Made by a program: the position numbers and the translations under genes
Notes under the pieces: generated by a model
Told to the model about the DNA's origin: nothing
The model's database searches: none
The model's input: the letters and a program-made list of their open reading frames with translations, nothing else
Shown: piece after piece, positions 36,782-50,246 of the stretch
Layout of the letters: every line of letters starts with the position of its first letter
How positions within the stretch are numbered: the first letter of the stretch is position 1
Assembly: GCF_052425735.1 (NCBI RefSeq)
Contig: NC_135759.1
Coordinates: 24,366,001-24,430,000, forward strand
Reading direction: 5' to 3'
Origin: Oculina patagonica
Taxonomy: Eukaryota
DNA: 64,000 nt

Positions 36782-37798
36782 ATAAAGTTTCAGCTCATAA
36801 CTAAAATTGTCCTGTGCATCAGGCGCAGCTAGAAAAGGTGGAGAGAAGGAACATTTGGTCGCTATGGCACTAAAGCAGTTTCTTCTAGCTAATCATGTAG
36901 ATTAACGTTTATCCAGTAGTTCAAAGAATATATTTCCGCTTTAATTGCTGATAACTCAAAAACGCGCTCGGTGAGCCCCTTTTTTGATGGAATAATGATC
37001 AGCATGTTAAAATACAACTTTGAGGTTTTACGGAAGGAAAATTGGCGTTTTCGTTCCAAGTGAAATTGTGTGAAAACCATCAATGGTAACCACAATAAAG
37101 TATATATTTTATAAAGCTTATTGAATAAACATTGTAATTTCGGAATTTTGTTTTGACCATACAGACCATAATAAGTAACGTCAGCATTTTGTTTGCAATT
37201 ATGATGTTGCGCAACATAACGTTTATTTGAGAACACATTTACGTGAGAGCCTAAACTTTTATGTGGAATTTGATCTACATATAATGGTCTAAAAAACGGT
37301 GTCTAAGATTTTTCTTTTCCTACTCCATTAATTTTTTATAAACTTTTAAACTTCAAAATTGCGTTTTTAGGCCTTCTTTAAGATTAAAAATGCATAAAAA
37401 ATAATGGAACAAGAAAAGAAAAATCTGCGCAGAATTTTACACATAATTACCGCTCTGCAGTTGTTTTAGCAATGATATACATATAAAGAGTGCTTATAGG
37501 CTTTATTTTTTTGACTGAATAAATTTACCTCTTCATACCTTTTGTTACCCTTTAAGCATTTTAGATCCACTTAACACGTTTTCGGTTGTCATATATTAAA
37601 ATTGATTTCTAGTATTAAAAGTAAGAATAAGGTCTACCTTCCTGACTACATCAGTTCAAATGTCATTTATTAACTTGTTTAAGAGGCTGTACAGAGTACA
37701 AAGTCTGAATGGCTGATATCATTTATTGTTCAGACTTCTTTAAATTTATGGCTGGAATGAATATTGGAAAAGTTTACATTGCCGCAGCTTTTGATAAT

Positions 37799-38731
37799 CT
37801 ACTGAACATGAGATGATATGAAGTTGTACAGCGCACGCAAAATGGCAATTACTTTCTCCCTTAGTTCTTTGATCTTCCAACAGTACAGAACAGGATTTAA
37901 AACTGAATTTAAATAAATTGCAATGGCGCTAAACTGAAGTGCAAACCTGGTGGAGTTATTGAGTCCCATGCTGAGTATTGCAAGTAGCGATAAAAAGTAT
38001 GGCATGTAACACACAAGAAGAAGCCCATTGATCCATAGCATGTTATTCACAGTTTTCTTGTATTGAACCACATTGAAGCCAACCGCTGGTTCACTGGGAT
38101 TCTGCTCCTGGCGAATTTGTGCAACATAACGGTGAACACCACAATAATAACTAAAATAACTAAAAGATGTTATAAGGCAACAGGTGAACACAACGATTGC
38201 CTTGAAGATAAAATTATTTTGTCCATTCAAAAACCAGGATCCCGACCAAACTGTTGCGAGTATCCACTCAAAAACAAGGATGCAAACAACTCGTTTAAGT
38301 GTCACTAGTTCGCGGTATCTCGAGCGAAGATGAAATGCGAGATATCGATCAATGGCAATTGTGGCAATGTTTTCAAGGGAAACTCCTGCTATAAAGGTAG
38401 ATGTCCTACCATATGTGATAGCTATAACACAGTAATGCCTGGGCATTTCCAAGATGATCATCAAGTTGTAAGTTATATACAGAGGAAGAACAACCAGTCC
38501 AACAAAAAGGTCCGTCAAAGCCAAACTACAAAGCAGAGCTTTTGATGGAGAATGTAGAGATTGACACTTGCGAAGAGCGAATAGGATCATAGTGTTTCCA
38601 AAACTTGATAAAACAGAGCATACCACGCTAAAAACACAGGCAAAGATGTAGATAGTATTTGGGAATTGCTGCGCTGCGAGGTAATTGTAAGTGCTGGTAG
38701 CACTACATCGAGATCTGGATATCCCTTCCAT
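37799..38731 (-). CDS. Class A orphan GPCR, main subfamily, 310 aa, intact
   Basis: DRY, CYMP, NPVLY. Confidence 0.93.
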   Translation of the reverse strand: MEGISRSRCSATSTYNYLAAQQFPNTIYIFACVFSVVCSVLSSFGNTMILFALRKCQSLHSPSKALLCSLALTDLFVGLVVLPLYITYNLMIILEMPRHYCVIAITYGRTSTFIAGVSLENIATIAIDRYLAFHLRSRYRELVTLKRVVCILVFEWILATVWSGSWFLNGQNNFIFKAIVVFTCCLITSFSYFSYYCGVHRYVAQIRQEQNPSEPAVGFNVVQYKKTVNNMLWINGLLLVCYMPYFLSLLAILSMGLNNSTRFALQFSAIAIYLNSVLNPVLYCWKIKELREKVIAILRALYNFISSHVQ

Positions 38732-39359
38732 TTCGAAAGGGTCAGGTAAACAGATTTTCTTTCCTTCAGATTTTTGTAATAAACCTCTTTACGATCGCCA
38801 GCCAAACCAGGACAACAAATAAATGGATCGATCATGAGTTGTTAAAGCAAATGCATGAAGAAAACAAATTAAGTGACCATACATTCTTTTTAGATTGTTG
38901 ATTGAACTGTCACGGACAAGATGGGTTGTCTTGGATATTGTGAAGTTTACTGCGAATCGCCACAAAATTTTAAGTTCAATCTTCAATTATAGCATCCTTC
39001 AATAGTCCGTGGTCTGTTGTCTTACTACCACTTCGAAACTTCTTGCGTTGATAAATGATTTTTAGGTATTATCCTTCAGGTTGCATGAGTTTTTATTGAA
39101 GCCTAAAGTCACGGACGAATAGATGCATGAGTGTAGAATTGTCCCATTTGTCACCTTTGTCAATCCATTTGTCCCATTAACAATTACCCCCGCACGGTTA
39201 TTGATGCTAAGCTAAATTGGCTAAAGTAATAACGTTAACGTTTAGTTTGGATGGCAATTAAAGAGTGGTCAAACTGCGTGGGGGAGACATTTTCACGATA
39301 TGAGGCACTCAAAGTAAATAATGGCCTTCTTTAATTTGGCGAAAACGAATATATGTAAC

Positions 39360-41230
39360 ATGATTATTTGCTTAAGGACAATGTCTAGTATTCCGATCTA
39401 GATTCTATAACCAATTTTAACTGCCACTATTCCGAAAACCTTGGATTTAATTAGTTATTTCTGTTAAGTCGATTAAGAAAATTCGACAACCTATTTTTAT
39501 TAATTGATTAAACCGGACCGGTGACAATTTTTTTCCATCTGGACCGCCGCTCGCCTTGATTACTCGCGCGTGTTAGCCATTCCGCGGACCCTTCTTCTAT
39601 GTCAGAAAAGTAATTAAGTTTTCTTACTAAGCCTATTTTGTTAAGAAGTAGAAATATCGACCTCCCTTATTCTGTTTTTTTTTTTTGTTTCAATATGCCG
39701 AAAAAAAAAAACAAGCTTAGTCGATGTTTCAAGTATGATCTGGTCCATTACAACTTTATGCCCAATAATTCAATGTCAGCGCACATTTGTAGCTGATATA
39801 GCTAAAACTCTGAAAACTAGGTTGTGAAGGAGACTTAAAAAGGGTTAGAGACTCAAGAAAAGACCAAACATCTTCTATTTGAAGTAAGCCTGGCTACAAG
39901 GGATATAATTAAAATATACGTTTTGAGTGTAAACCTCGAGTGTAGCCCTAGCCCTTTTGAGGAAAACAGTGAACTACCAAAAATGAGGCTTGTTGAATTC
40001 ATTTATTATTCAATTGGTGTTATTATGTGTTGTGCAGAATGGGTTTTCTGGTTCAATTTCACCCTTGGAGAGACTGGTGTTTACTGGCTCAATGTGAATA
40101 AAACTAAGTGTCACAAAATGCTTTCCAATCTTTCCTTTTTTGCAATAAATTTTGATAATTATCACTTTGTGTTATTCAAGATAATTTTGGATCAGTGCTA
40201 TCTACGACGTTGTCAAATATGCTATTGTTGTCGACAATTGTCGACGAAATTTTGTCAAAATTTCGGATCACTTCGAATCACCTCAAAACGAAAATTCGAC
40301 GAAATTTTGTTTTCATGAAGGAGCGAAAATTCAAGGAAGCTTGAGGAAACGAATGTTTGGGGTATTTAGCAGTTTCAAGCGAAATTTCGAGCAATTACCA
40401 GGGTTCGTCAAAGGCTGTAGTTTGGCAGCCGAAAGCTAATACTTTTCACAACTTTTTAGCCAGAGAAAGCTTCCAACTTTTACAAAATTAATATTTGAAC
40501 AAACTAAAACCAAAAATGCTTGGTCATGAGAACAGACGCTGAATTCAAATACTTGCGTTGATTTCAACCAAGAGCGGCTAGCACTGCTAACTGAATCATT
40601 TGTATTCTGATGTCAACATACTACCCATAAATGAAAGCAGCACGAAGCCAGCAGAAGTAGTAAACAACTTTTCAGTCAATTTCGCAAGTTTACATACCGT
40701 ATCCGTTTCTTTTATAAAGCTGACATTGACGACATTTGGTTTAAAGCAGCATATTTTTCTATTTATTAAGCTTTTAGTCAGTAAACAATATTCTACACCA
40801 ATTCCGGCGTTTACTTAATAAATTAAATTTATCGTTTCAGAATTGTAAAGTTCTTGTGGGTCCACCTATACAATGTATATTATCACGGCAATACTCTTTG
40901 AGAGGCACATGAAATACTGGTTACATTTGATAGCTCTTTGTCTGCGAAAGTAAATATATGCACTGTGCCATTATATTGTGGCAACTACATTAGTTATAAT
41001 TTATACAATAACCGAGAAACTGCGCGGGTTATATTTGTTTAATGCTTGTGAACTATTAGAGTTTACAGACGGATGGGTGAGATCACTGCGTAGTGATATT
41101 CGCGCGCGTGATCAGAGTGATCAGAGTTCATGATAGTCCAAGCCAGTCTTATCGGCAAAGTTTTTTTAATTAAACCTCAGAGCCAAGACAAAGCTTAGTT
41201 CAATGATAAACATGTTGCCAAATATCGTCC
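39360..41230. repeat. Intergenic block duplicated at 44481-45740
   Basis: Colinear motifs (atttgcttaaggacaat, gatcagtgctatctacga, gacgctgaattcaaatac, tacaataaccgagaaactgcgcggg) in both copies. Confidence 0.75.
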
Positions 41231-41342
41231 ATCTTGAGAGAACAGTGCTCCTACTCGAACCGGGGCACCCTGAACAAAGTTAACCAATCACATTGCCGGA
41301 AGATAAGTGACCACGGTGCAAACTTTCTTTATGGTGTTTAGT

Positions 41343-42277
41343 CTAAACGGCTGTAGCTGATAGATAGTTACGGATTGCACATAAATCAGCAAGAACTCTT
41401 TCTTTAATTTCTGCGATCTTCCAACAGTATAGAATGGGATTCAAAGAAGAATTAAAATAAACCGCAATGGCGCTAAGATGTAGTGCAAGCCGAGTAGAGT
41501 TGTTGAGTCCCATGGCGAGTATTACAAGCTGCGATGCTAAGTGTGGCAAATTGCACACAAGAAAAAGGCCGTAGATCCATAGCATGTTATTCACAGTTTT
41601 CTTGTATTGAACCACATTAAAGTCATTCGCCGGTTCACTGGAATTCCTCTGTTGATGAATCTGTGCAACATGACGGCGAAGGCCACGACGAATACTGAGA
41701 TAGCACAGAGGTATTATCACACAAACACTGAATAAAATTATTGCTCCAAAGAAACCATGTTCATTTGAGAATTCCAAAACCAGGTTCCCGACCAAACTGC
41801 TGTGACTATCCACTCAAACACGAGGATGAAAACAACTCGTCTTAGTTTCACGAGTTCTCGGTATCTCAAGCGAAGATGAAAGGCGAGATATCGATCAATG
41901 GCAATTGTAGCTATGGTCGCAAGCGAGACAGCCCCAATGAAAGAGCTTATTCTCCCAAATGTGATAGCTATAACACAGTAATGTTTGGGCATTTCCAAGA
42001 TTACCATCAGGTAGTAAGCCGTAAACAATGGAAGAACAACCAGTCCAACGAAAAGATCCGTTAAAGCCAAACTACACAACAAAGCCTTTGATGGAGGATG
42101 TAAAGATTGACATTTGCGAAGAGCGAATAGGATCATAATGTTTCCCAGAGTAGAAAAAACTGATCCGATCACGCTTACAACACAGGCAAAGATGTAGATA
42201 GTCTTGGGGAATTGTTGCGTAGCGGGGTAATAGTGGGTGCTTGTAGAACCACAAAATGATTCGGAGGACTCGGTCAT
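41343..42277 (-). pseudogene. GPCR with a +2 frameshift near 41748-41750 (pseudogene or sequence error)
   Basis: Two overlapping ORFs give a full 7TM; ATGGTTTCTttGGAGCA versus ATGGTTTCTGGAGCA in the 8827 paralog; also CNLP instead of CYLP. Confidence 0.75.
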
Positions 42278-43829
42278 TTCAAGGATATGATAATACCGAT
42301 TGCTATATTGATATTATGTATTAAATCTCGCTTTAAGGATCGCTAACGAATCCAGAAAATGAACAAATGGATCGTTCAGAAGTTATTGTACAAATAGATG
42401 AGGATAAGAAGGTAGTGATGGTACAATATTTTAAAAACTGGTGACTGATCTATCACTGACAAGCTTTGTCGTTGGATATTGGGTGAGTGCCCCCTGCGAA
42501 TGGTCGAAAATCAGGTTAAACACAACCGTTTAATCGTACCTGGACTGTTGTCTGTTGCTGCTTTTTTTAAAAAAATGTTCCTGTTTGATTATCGTTCCCA
42601 CTATAGAGTACTTGAGAAATATGTTTGCATCAGTTAATCCGGTAAGTTCAACCTACATTCGAGGACAGATAGATTCAGAAACGGAACTACATTTGTTTGC
42701 ATCTGTCCCATTAGCAATAATGAATTTACATAAAGAAATTTATCTCCGGCAGGCATTTGTTGAATTAATGACTGCAAAATGGCTTTTACTTTGGATGGCA
42801 ATTAGACAAAAAAGAGTGGTTAAAACTTGGCGCAATATACGTGTTATTTGTTGAGTTACGAATTAGAAGCTTCCTTGGCCATTTTGTTCTCGATCATTGT
42901 ATTGGTTGGTGACGATCGCAATAACTACTGGGATTACCACTTTGTGTATGCTTTTTAAAAGACCTTTTTTGCAAATTGAACTGATGGGGGTAAAGAAATT
43001 TAATTTCCCTTTTTTTTGCTCACTTTGTTTGGTTCTTACAGAGAATTTCTGTACTCCTTTTGTTAACTCGACACCAGGGGATAAAGCGTTTATTAGAAAT
43101 ACATAGAAACTATTTTATGACGCCGTAAAATAAATGGAAAGACTACATTCTAATTAAAAATAACGCCGTTAGATGTATCACTATAAATTTAAGTTGGAGC
43201 TCTACACATAAACTGACGACGAGGCGACTTCATACTACATGCACATCTTTTTATTGATACTTTCTGTTTTTGGAACAAGAACTTTGAAAATTCCCTGCTT
43301 ATTATACATTCATTTCTCTTTTTCACCATAATGTAGTTATACGGTGAAGAAAAATTAAGATGTTGTGCTATTGAACAGCCCTGACCTGTTCTTCAAATTA
43401 TTAGACCACTTACCAAACGTGCGTCCATTTATTAGCAAACAAGCATTTTCTTAGATTTCGTTTTCTTAGCACTATTTGTTTATAACTGTTCCTACATCAC
43501 CCACTTCAAACTTCTATTATTCGTTCTCGCCAATTTTAAGAGGGCAAGGAGGCCATCATTTACTTTTAGTGCTTCATATTGTGGAAATGTCTCCCCCACA
43601 CTTTTAACCACTCTTTTCTGCTCCAATTGCCATCCAAACTTATTGTTATTACTTTAGCCAATTTAGCTTAGCATCAACAGCCGTGCCGGGGTATTTTTTT
43701 ATTTATGTAAATGTGCGTTGCTTGTGGGACAGATGTTACAAATAGGACAATTTTTCATTCATGCATCTATCCGTCCACGATTGCAAGCTTCACTAAAAAC
43801 TAATGCGACTTAAAGGGATCATACAAAAA

Positions 43830-44069
43830 AAATATAAATAAAATAAATTTATTTTTTTTTTTTTTTTTACAGGTTTGATTTTTTTTTTTTTTTTTTTGGG
43901 GGGGGGTTTTTCCCTTTTATTTTTGTTTTTTGAAGTTGTTTTTTTTTTGGGGAAAGAAAAAAAAGAAAAAAAAAAAAAAAAAAAGGGAGGAAAAAAAAAA
44001 AAAAAAAAAAAAAAAAACCCTCCCAATATGACCCGGCGGCAAAAAAAGGGGGGCGGCGGGGGGGGGGGG

Positions 44070-44100
<31 letters not shown>
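43830..44100. other. Homopolymer-run tract, probable sequencing or assembly artefact
   Basis: Back-to-back long runs of T, G, A, G and C with no repeat unit. Confidence 0.7.
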
Positions 44101-44124
44101 ATTCATCAGCGCAAGGGCAAGATG

Positions 44125-44480
44125 AAGGTTTGCGCCGTCAAACAACGCTTATCTAGGACCAGTGTCACCTGATCAACGACCCAAACCCCACCCTCCCCAA
44201 AAAAAGCGACTTTAGCGTGGGCCAATACAAGAAAAATGTAGTAGTGCTGTCTGGTTGTATTCGACGTCCTTTATTATCTCAACCTGGTTTTACTTATTGC
44301 AATCGGTAGCTATACCCTGATTTTGGCGAGAAAAATAACCTCTGTTGCTATTTATCTTGAATTCTTCCCCCCCCCCCCCCCCCTGAAACAGGCTATTTAT
44401 TGTTGGAAAATGAAAGAAACAAGACAAGAACCTCTTGCCATTTATCACGGCATCTGCCGCCCCTAGCATATGCGATCTGT
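44125..44480 (+). pseudogene. Degraded 3' half of a 53425-type GPCR, inverted
   Basis: GLRRQTTLI*, FSVGQYKK, YYLNLVLLIAI, IYCWKMKETRQEPLAIYHGICRP* match the 53425-54348 protein. Confidence 0.85.
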
Positions 44481-46056
44481 CATCATCATTTGCTTAAGGA
44501 CAATTTCAGTTATTTCTAATCTAGAAGCTTCTACAACCAATTTAGTGAAGAGTCAATCTAGAAGATTCGACAGCACATTTTAATTATCTTCCATCGCGCA
44601 GTGGTTAAACAAGACCGGTGACATTTTTTTCATCAGGACCGGTCGCCTTTTTTCCGGAAGACGCGTGCGTGTTAGCCATTCATAGGGCCCTTGTTCTATG
44701 TCAGAAACGTTATAAAAGTTGCTCTTGTTATGCTTTGCTTCTGTATATTAAAACTGCACTCGGAATCACGGGATTACTTATCATTTTGTGCTATTCCTGA
44801 TATCATAGCTCAGGGTAAATTTAGATCAGTGCTATCTACGATGTTGTTTAATACGCTACTGTTTTCAAACATTTTCGACGAAATTTTGTCAAAATTTTTA
44901 GAAATTTAAAAAATGTCGAAATTTCGTTTTCATGAAGTAGCGAAAATTCCGACGAAGCTCGAGATAGCAAAGATTGGGGGTATTTAGCAATTTTCTAGCG
45001 AAATTTCGGAAATGTTACTTCAACAAACGAAAACCAAAAATGCCTGGTAATTTGTACATGTAATAAGAAAGAGAAAAGACGCTGAATTCAAATACGCGCG
45101 CTGATTTTAACCAACAGCGGCTAGCACGGCCAACTGAATCATTTTTATGTCAAAAGACTATGCATAATGGTGCGAAAAAGGGTACACGACGCAATAAAAG
45201 CAAAGCCAGCTAGCAGCAGCAAGAAAACAACTTTTAAATCAAATTCACAAAAAGATTTCATACCGTATCCGCCTCTTTTAATAAGTTGAAATTGTAGACA
45301 TTTGCTTAAAAGCAGCAATTTTTGTATTCTGACCATTCATTTGATATAAGACAGTAAGCATATATTTAACACCTATTTCAGTTTTCACTGAATTAATTAA
45401 ATTCATCTTTTCATAATTGTAGAGTCCTTGTAGGCCTTCCTACAAAATGTATATTATCACGGCAGTACTCTTTGAGGGGACATGAAATACTGGTTATATT
45501 TTTTAGCTCAACTCTAAGAAAGTAAATATATATGCACTGCTCCATTAAATGTGGCAACTATATATTAGTTATAACTTATACAATAACCGAGAAACTGCGC
45601 GGGTTTTGTTTGTTTGATGCCTGTGGTCCATGTCAGTCTTGGCGACAAAGTTTTTAATTAAAACTCAGGGCCAAAAAAAAGCTTAATTACAATTCGTTAA
45701 TGAGAAACAAGCCGCCAAATAGCGTTCACCTTGAGGTAAATTTACTGGGCTTAACAAGCTTGAAGTTCTTACTGATTCGAAAGAAACTGACACAAGCTTG
45801 AATTGTAAGTATTTGTTAAGCAGATTGATAACGCTATGGAAAATCTATAAATAGCGGTGGACCCGTGGGCTACATTTTTGTTCCCTGTTACGACACTTTA
45901 ATGTCAACCACATCTGTGAATTATAACGGAACAGATGCACAGCAAAGTGAAATTTATTTGTTAAATCATTTTTTTGACGTAACGAAGAGAGTTTCAAAGT
46001 GAAAAGTGAATTCCTGACAACACTGTTATTTGACTCGTTTAACCAAGTATTTTTTT

Positions 46057-46963
46057 CTACAGAGCAGGGGCACGGAGAAAGGCCATAACTTTCTCTCTCA
46101 GTTCCTTGATCTTCCAACAATATAGAATAGGATTCAAAGATGAATTAAAATAAACTGCAAGAGCGCTTAAATGTAGTGCAAACCGAGTAGAGTTATTGAG
46201 TCCCATGGCAAGCACTGCAAGCATCGATGCTAAGTAAGGAAAATAACACACAAGAAAAAGCCCATTTATCCAGAGCATGTCATTCACAGTTTTCTTGTAT
46301 TGAGCCACATTAAAGTCGACCACCGGATCATTGGAATTCCTCTGTTGATGAATTTGTGCAACATGACGGCGAAGGCCACGATGAATACTGAGATAGCACA
46401 AGGGTGTTATCACACAAACACTGAACAATACTATTACTCCAGAAGTCACGTTCAATTGCAAATTCAAAAACCAGGACCCTGACCAAACTGCTGCGATAAT
46501 CCAGACAAAAACAAGAATGAAAACGACTCGTCTAAGTTTCACGAGTTCTCGGTATCTCAAGCGAAGATGAAAGGCGAGATATCGATCAATGGCAATTGTA
46601 GCTATCGTACCAAGTGAAGCTGCCCCAATAAAGGTAGATGTCCTCCCAAATGTGATAGCTATAACACAGTAATGCCTGGGCATTTCCAAGATGACCAACA
46701 GGTAATAAGTTGTAAACAATGGAAGAACAACCAATCCAACGAAAAGATCCGTCAAAGCCAAACTACATAACAAAGCCTTTGATGGAGGATGTAGAGACTG
46801 ACACTTGCGAAGGGCGAATAGTATCATTGCGTTTCCCAACAGTTGATGAAACCGATCCGATCACGCTAACAACACAGGAAAGATGTAGATAGTCTTGGGG
46901 AATTGTTGGTAGCGGGGGAATAGTGGGGGGGGGGAGAACCCCAAAACCGGATGTCTCGGTCAT
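46057..46963 (-). pseudogene. GPCR with frameshifts limited to the 5' ~120 bp and a shortened C-terminus (possibly intact, error-affected)
   Basis: A 260-aa ORF covers the end of TM1 through TM7; the 5' end has a G-run (46924-46934) where paralogs have ordinary sequence. Confidence 0.65.
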
Positions 46964-47417
46964 TTCGCGGATATCGGCGATACCGATTGCTGTATTTCCT
47001 TTAGATTCTGGTACTGAATCTATTTTTAAGGATTGCTAGCAAATCCAAAAAACGAACAAATTGGTTGATTGTTCACGATATGTTGCGACAAAGAGATGAG
47101 AAAAAGAAGGTAGTGATGATAGAATTGCTGATTGAACTATCGCTGACAAGCTTCGTCGTTTGATATTGTGAGTGTTCCCTGCGAATCATCGGAAATGTTA
47201 AACTTAACCATTCAATCGTCCCTGCACTGTTGTCTGTTGCTGCCTTTTGATATTTTCGAATTCTGTTTGACCATCGCTTCCACTAACAGATTACTTGAGA
47301 AATGTGTGAACGATAAAGGGAACCCTGCAATCGAGGATAGATAGATTCAGAAATGTAACAGACATTGGTTATATCTGTTCCGTCAGCAACAATGAATTCA
47401 CAGCAATATGCCCAAGT

Positions 47418-47965
47418 CATACTGTCTACAGTTCTTTTTTATTCACACACGCTGAAAATGCTATTGTTTGCGTTCGTGCCGTATTGACACTGGACCTGGA
47501 CAGGCGTTGCTTGATACAATACAATACAATACAACAACTTTATTTAAACACGGAAAAAGTTAAAGCAAAAGCTTGTGGGGCCGGACAAATAAAAATTAAA
47601 AAGACATAAAAAGACATATATGAGAAGATAGAAAAATTCACTATTATAATCTTTAAAAATCATAAATTTAAAACATCATCGTTCAGTCTGACAGTCTGCG
47701 TGGAAACGCCCGAGCTAATTTTTTAAGAATGTTCTTGCCTTTTACTATGTTAAAAAACGACTTAAAATTACTAGTTTTACCGTGTAGTAGTATGATGACG
47801 CAAACCTTTGTATATCCTCTAATAGCAAACCAGAGTAATAACAACACAGCTCAATATTGCTACAGTTCCCAATACCCTCTTCAGAATCTCATTCACTATC
47901 TCGCTGCAAGTCCAAATTATTGCCAAAAACCAATCCGCGATTGGCAAGAAAATTGTTTCGTTCAT
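47418..47965 (-). pseudogene. Internally deleted 53425-type GPCR remnant (start codon joined to TM4-ICL3), split by a LINE end
   Basis: Matches 53660-53905, then jumps to tgtttcgttcat (54337-54348). Confidence 0.8.
47516..47796 (-). mobile_element. LINE 3' end (CR1/L2-type tail)
   Basis: Minus strand ends aataaagttgttgtattgtattgtattgt; tgat is repeated at both junctions; absent from the paralogous remnant at ~50075. Confidence 0.7.
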
Positions 47966-48886
47966 GAGCAATAATGTCTTCCACGGAGTTTAAGCTGTCG
48001 GTACTCTTTCCAGTTGTGCGATCAATCCCGATAAACGGCCCCTGTCTGGCACAAATGTATGAAAATTAATCAGTTTTACAGATGTCAGGCATGGCCAAGA
48101 AAACAATTTTATATTAAGAGTGGCCAATGTGACGCGCATTTCACATGCAAATTGTCCTCTTTTATATCCAGGGTGAAATTAATTGCATTTTGCTGTCTAA
48201 AAGCCAGTCGTATTTTATTGATGATTAGTTTCGTCCACCTGCCTCTTAACCTAGATAGTGATAATTACCAAATTTTCATCTCTGGCTATTTGCTTTTTTC
48301 TAGATACACTGTATTAGAAGAGAAGACAGAAGCCGGTTCAACATACGTGCGTTGCATTCAACGAACAGCGGATGGCATTGCCAACTGAATCATTTCCATT
48401 CTGAAGTTAACATAGTATGCAGATTGGAAAATAGGTATATTCTGCATAAAACACGCCGTCAGCAGCAAATACTACTTTTTTTTTTTTTTTTTCCTTAATC
48501 AGTTTCACAAAACGTTTTCAAACGGTAATTGCTTCTATGAAAGAGTTTACATTGTCGACAATTGGTTAAAAACAGCATATTTTCTGTTCATTTTGCTATT
48601 AAATTGTAAGCTTACACCTACAATATATTGCAGTTTTCACTGAATAAATTTACCTGTTCACACTTTCAAAGGCTTTGTGGGTCTACCTTCAAAACGTTGA
48701 TTATCAATAGGTTTTAAATATTGGTCAGTCTAGGAAAGTAAATACAGGTATACGCACTGCTCCAATTTAATTTAGACACTAGCATCAGTTTTAATATTGA
48801 AGTCTCCAGGATCTTATTCAAGTTCAGTTTTTGTTTTTGGAGAAAACGTAATTGGAAACAGTTGCAATGCAGAAGCCTTTTCTAGC

Positions 48887-49819
48887 TTACTGAACATGAG
48901 ATGATAAAAAGTTGTACAGCGCACGCAAAAGGGCAATAACTTTCCCTCTTAGTTCTTTTATCTTCCAACAATAAATAATAGGATTTAAAGACGAATTAAA
49001 AAACATTGCAACTGCGCTAAAATGCAGTGCAAACCGAGTAGAGTCATTGAGTCCCATGGCAAGCACTGCAAGCAACGATGAAAACTGAGGCAAATAACAC
49101 ACAACAAGAAGACCATTTATCCATAGCATGTTATTCACAGTTTTCTTGTATTGAATGATATTAAAATCGACCGCTAGTTCACTGGAATTATTCTGTTGAT
49201 GAATCTGTGCAATACGATAGCGAAGGCCACGATGAATACTGAGATAGCACAAGGGTGTTATCAAACAACAACTTAGCAATCCGATTGCCCCAGAAACCAC
49301 ATTGATTTGCTGATTACTAAACCAGGTTCCTGACCGAACTGCAGCGAGGATCCACTCGAACGCGAGAATGGAAACAACTCGTCTTACTTTCACGAGTTCT
49401 CGGTATCTCAATCTAAGGTGAAAGGCGAGATATCGATCAATAGCAATTGTAGCTATGGTTTGAAGTGAAACCGATACAATAAAATCGGTTGTCCTTCCAT
49501 ATGTGATAGCTACAGCACAGTAATACCTGGGCATTTCCAAGACGATCATCAAGTAGTAAGCTGTAAACAGTGGAAGAACAACCAGTCCTACAAAAAGATC
49601 CGTTAAAGCCAAACTACATAACAGAGCTTTTGATGGAGAATGTAGAGATTGACACTTGCGAAGAGCGAATAGGATCACAGTGTTTCCAATAGTTGATGAA
49701 ACTGAGCAGAACACGCTAGCAACACATCCAAATATGTATATAGTCTTTGGGAACTGTTGCGCGGCAGGATAATAGTGAGAACTTGTAGAACTGCAAAATG
49801 ATCCGGATGTCTCAGTCAT
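48887..49819 (-). CDS. Class A orphan GPCR, main subfamily, 310 aa, intact
   Basis: DRY, CYLP, NPIIY. Confidence 0.93.
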   Translation of the reverse strand: MTETSGSFCSSTSSHYYPAAQQFPKTIYIFGCVASVFCSVSSTIGNTVILFALRKCQSLHSPSKALLCSLALTDLFVGLVVLPLFTAYYLMIVLEMPRYYCAVAITYGRTTDFIVSVSLQTIATIAIDRYLAFHLRLRYRELVKVRRVVSILAFEWILAAVRSGTWFSNQQINVVSGAIGLLSCCLITPLCYLSIHRGLRYRIAQIHQQNNSSELAVDFNIIQYKKTVNNMLWINGLLVVCYLPQFSSLLAVLAMGLNDSTRFALHFSAVAMFFNSSLNPIIYCWKIKELRGKVIALLRALYNFLSSHVQ

Positions 49820-49979
49820 TTCAAAGATATATCGATACCATTTGCTCTATTTAATATACCCTAACTTCTGGACTAAATCCGGCGAAGAACACGAACAAAT
49901 AGATAGATTCAGAAACGTAACAGACGTTTGGTTACATCTGTCCCGTCAGCAACAATGAATTCACAGCAAATAACTAAGG

Positions 49980-50246
49980 CATACCGACTAGATTTCTTTT
50001 TTATTGACCCAGGTGAAGCTGCTATTGTTTGGGTTCTTGATGGGCTGACACTGGACCTGAATAAGCGTTGCTTGATGACGCAAAACTTTGTAGATCCACT
50101 TATAGCAAAAAAGAGTAATAACAACACAGTTTAATATTGCTACAGTACCCGATACCCTCTTGAAAATCTCATTCACTATCTCGCTGCAAGTCCAAATTAT
50201 TGCTAAAAACCAATCCGCGAATTGGCAGGAAAATTGTTTCGTTTAT
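49980..50246 (-). pseudogene. Second internally deleted 53425-type GPCR remnant
   Basis: Same deletion junctions as 47418-47965. Confidence 0.8.

Noticed and set aside
43793-44156. Poly-Phe/Lys/Gly/Pro ORFs
   Set aside because: Products of homopolymer runs that are probably artefactual.
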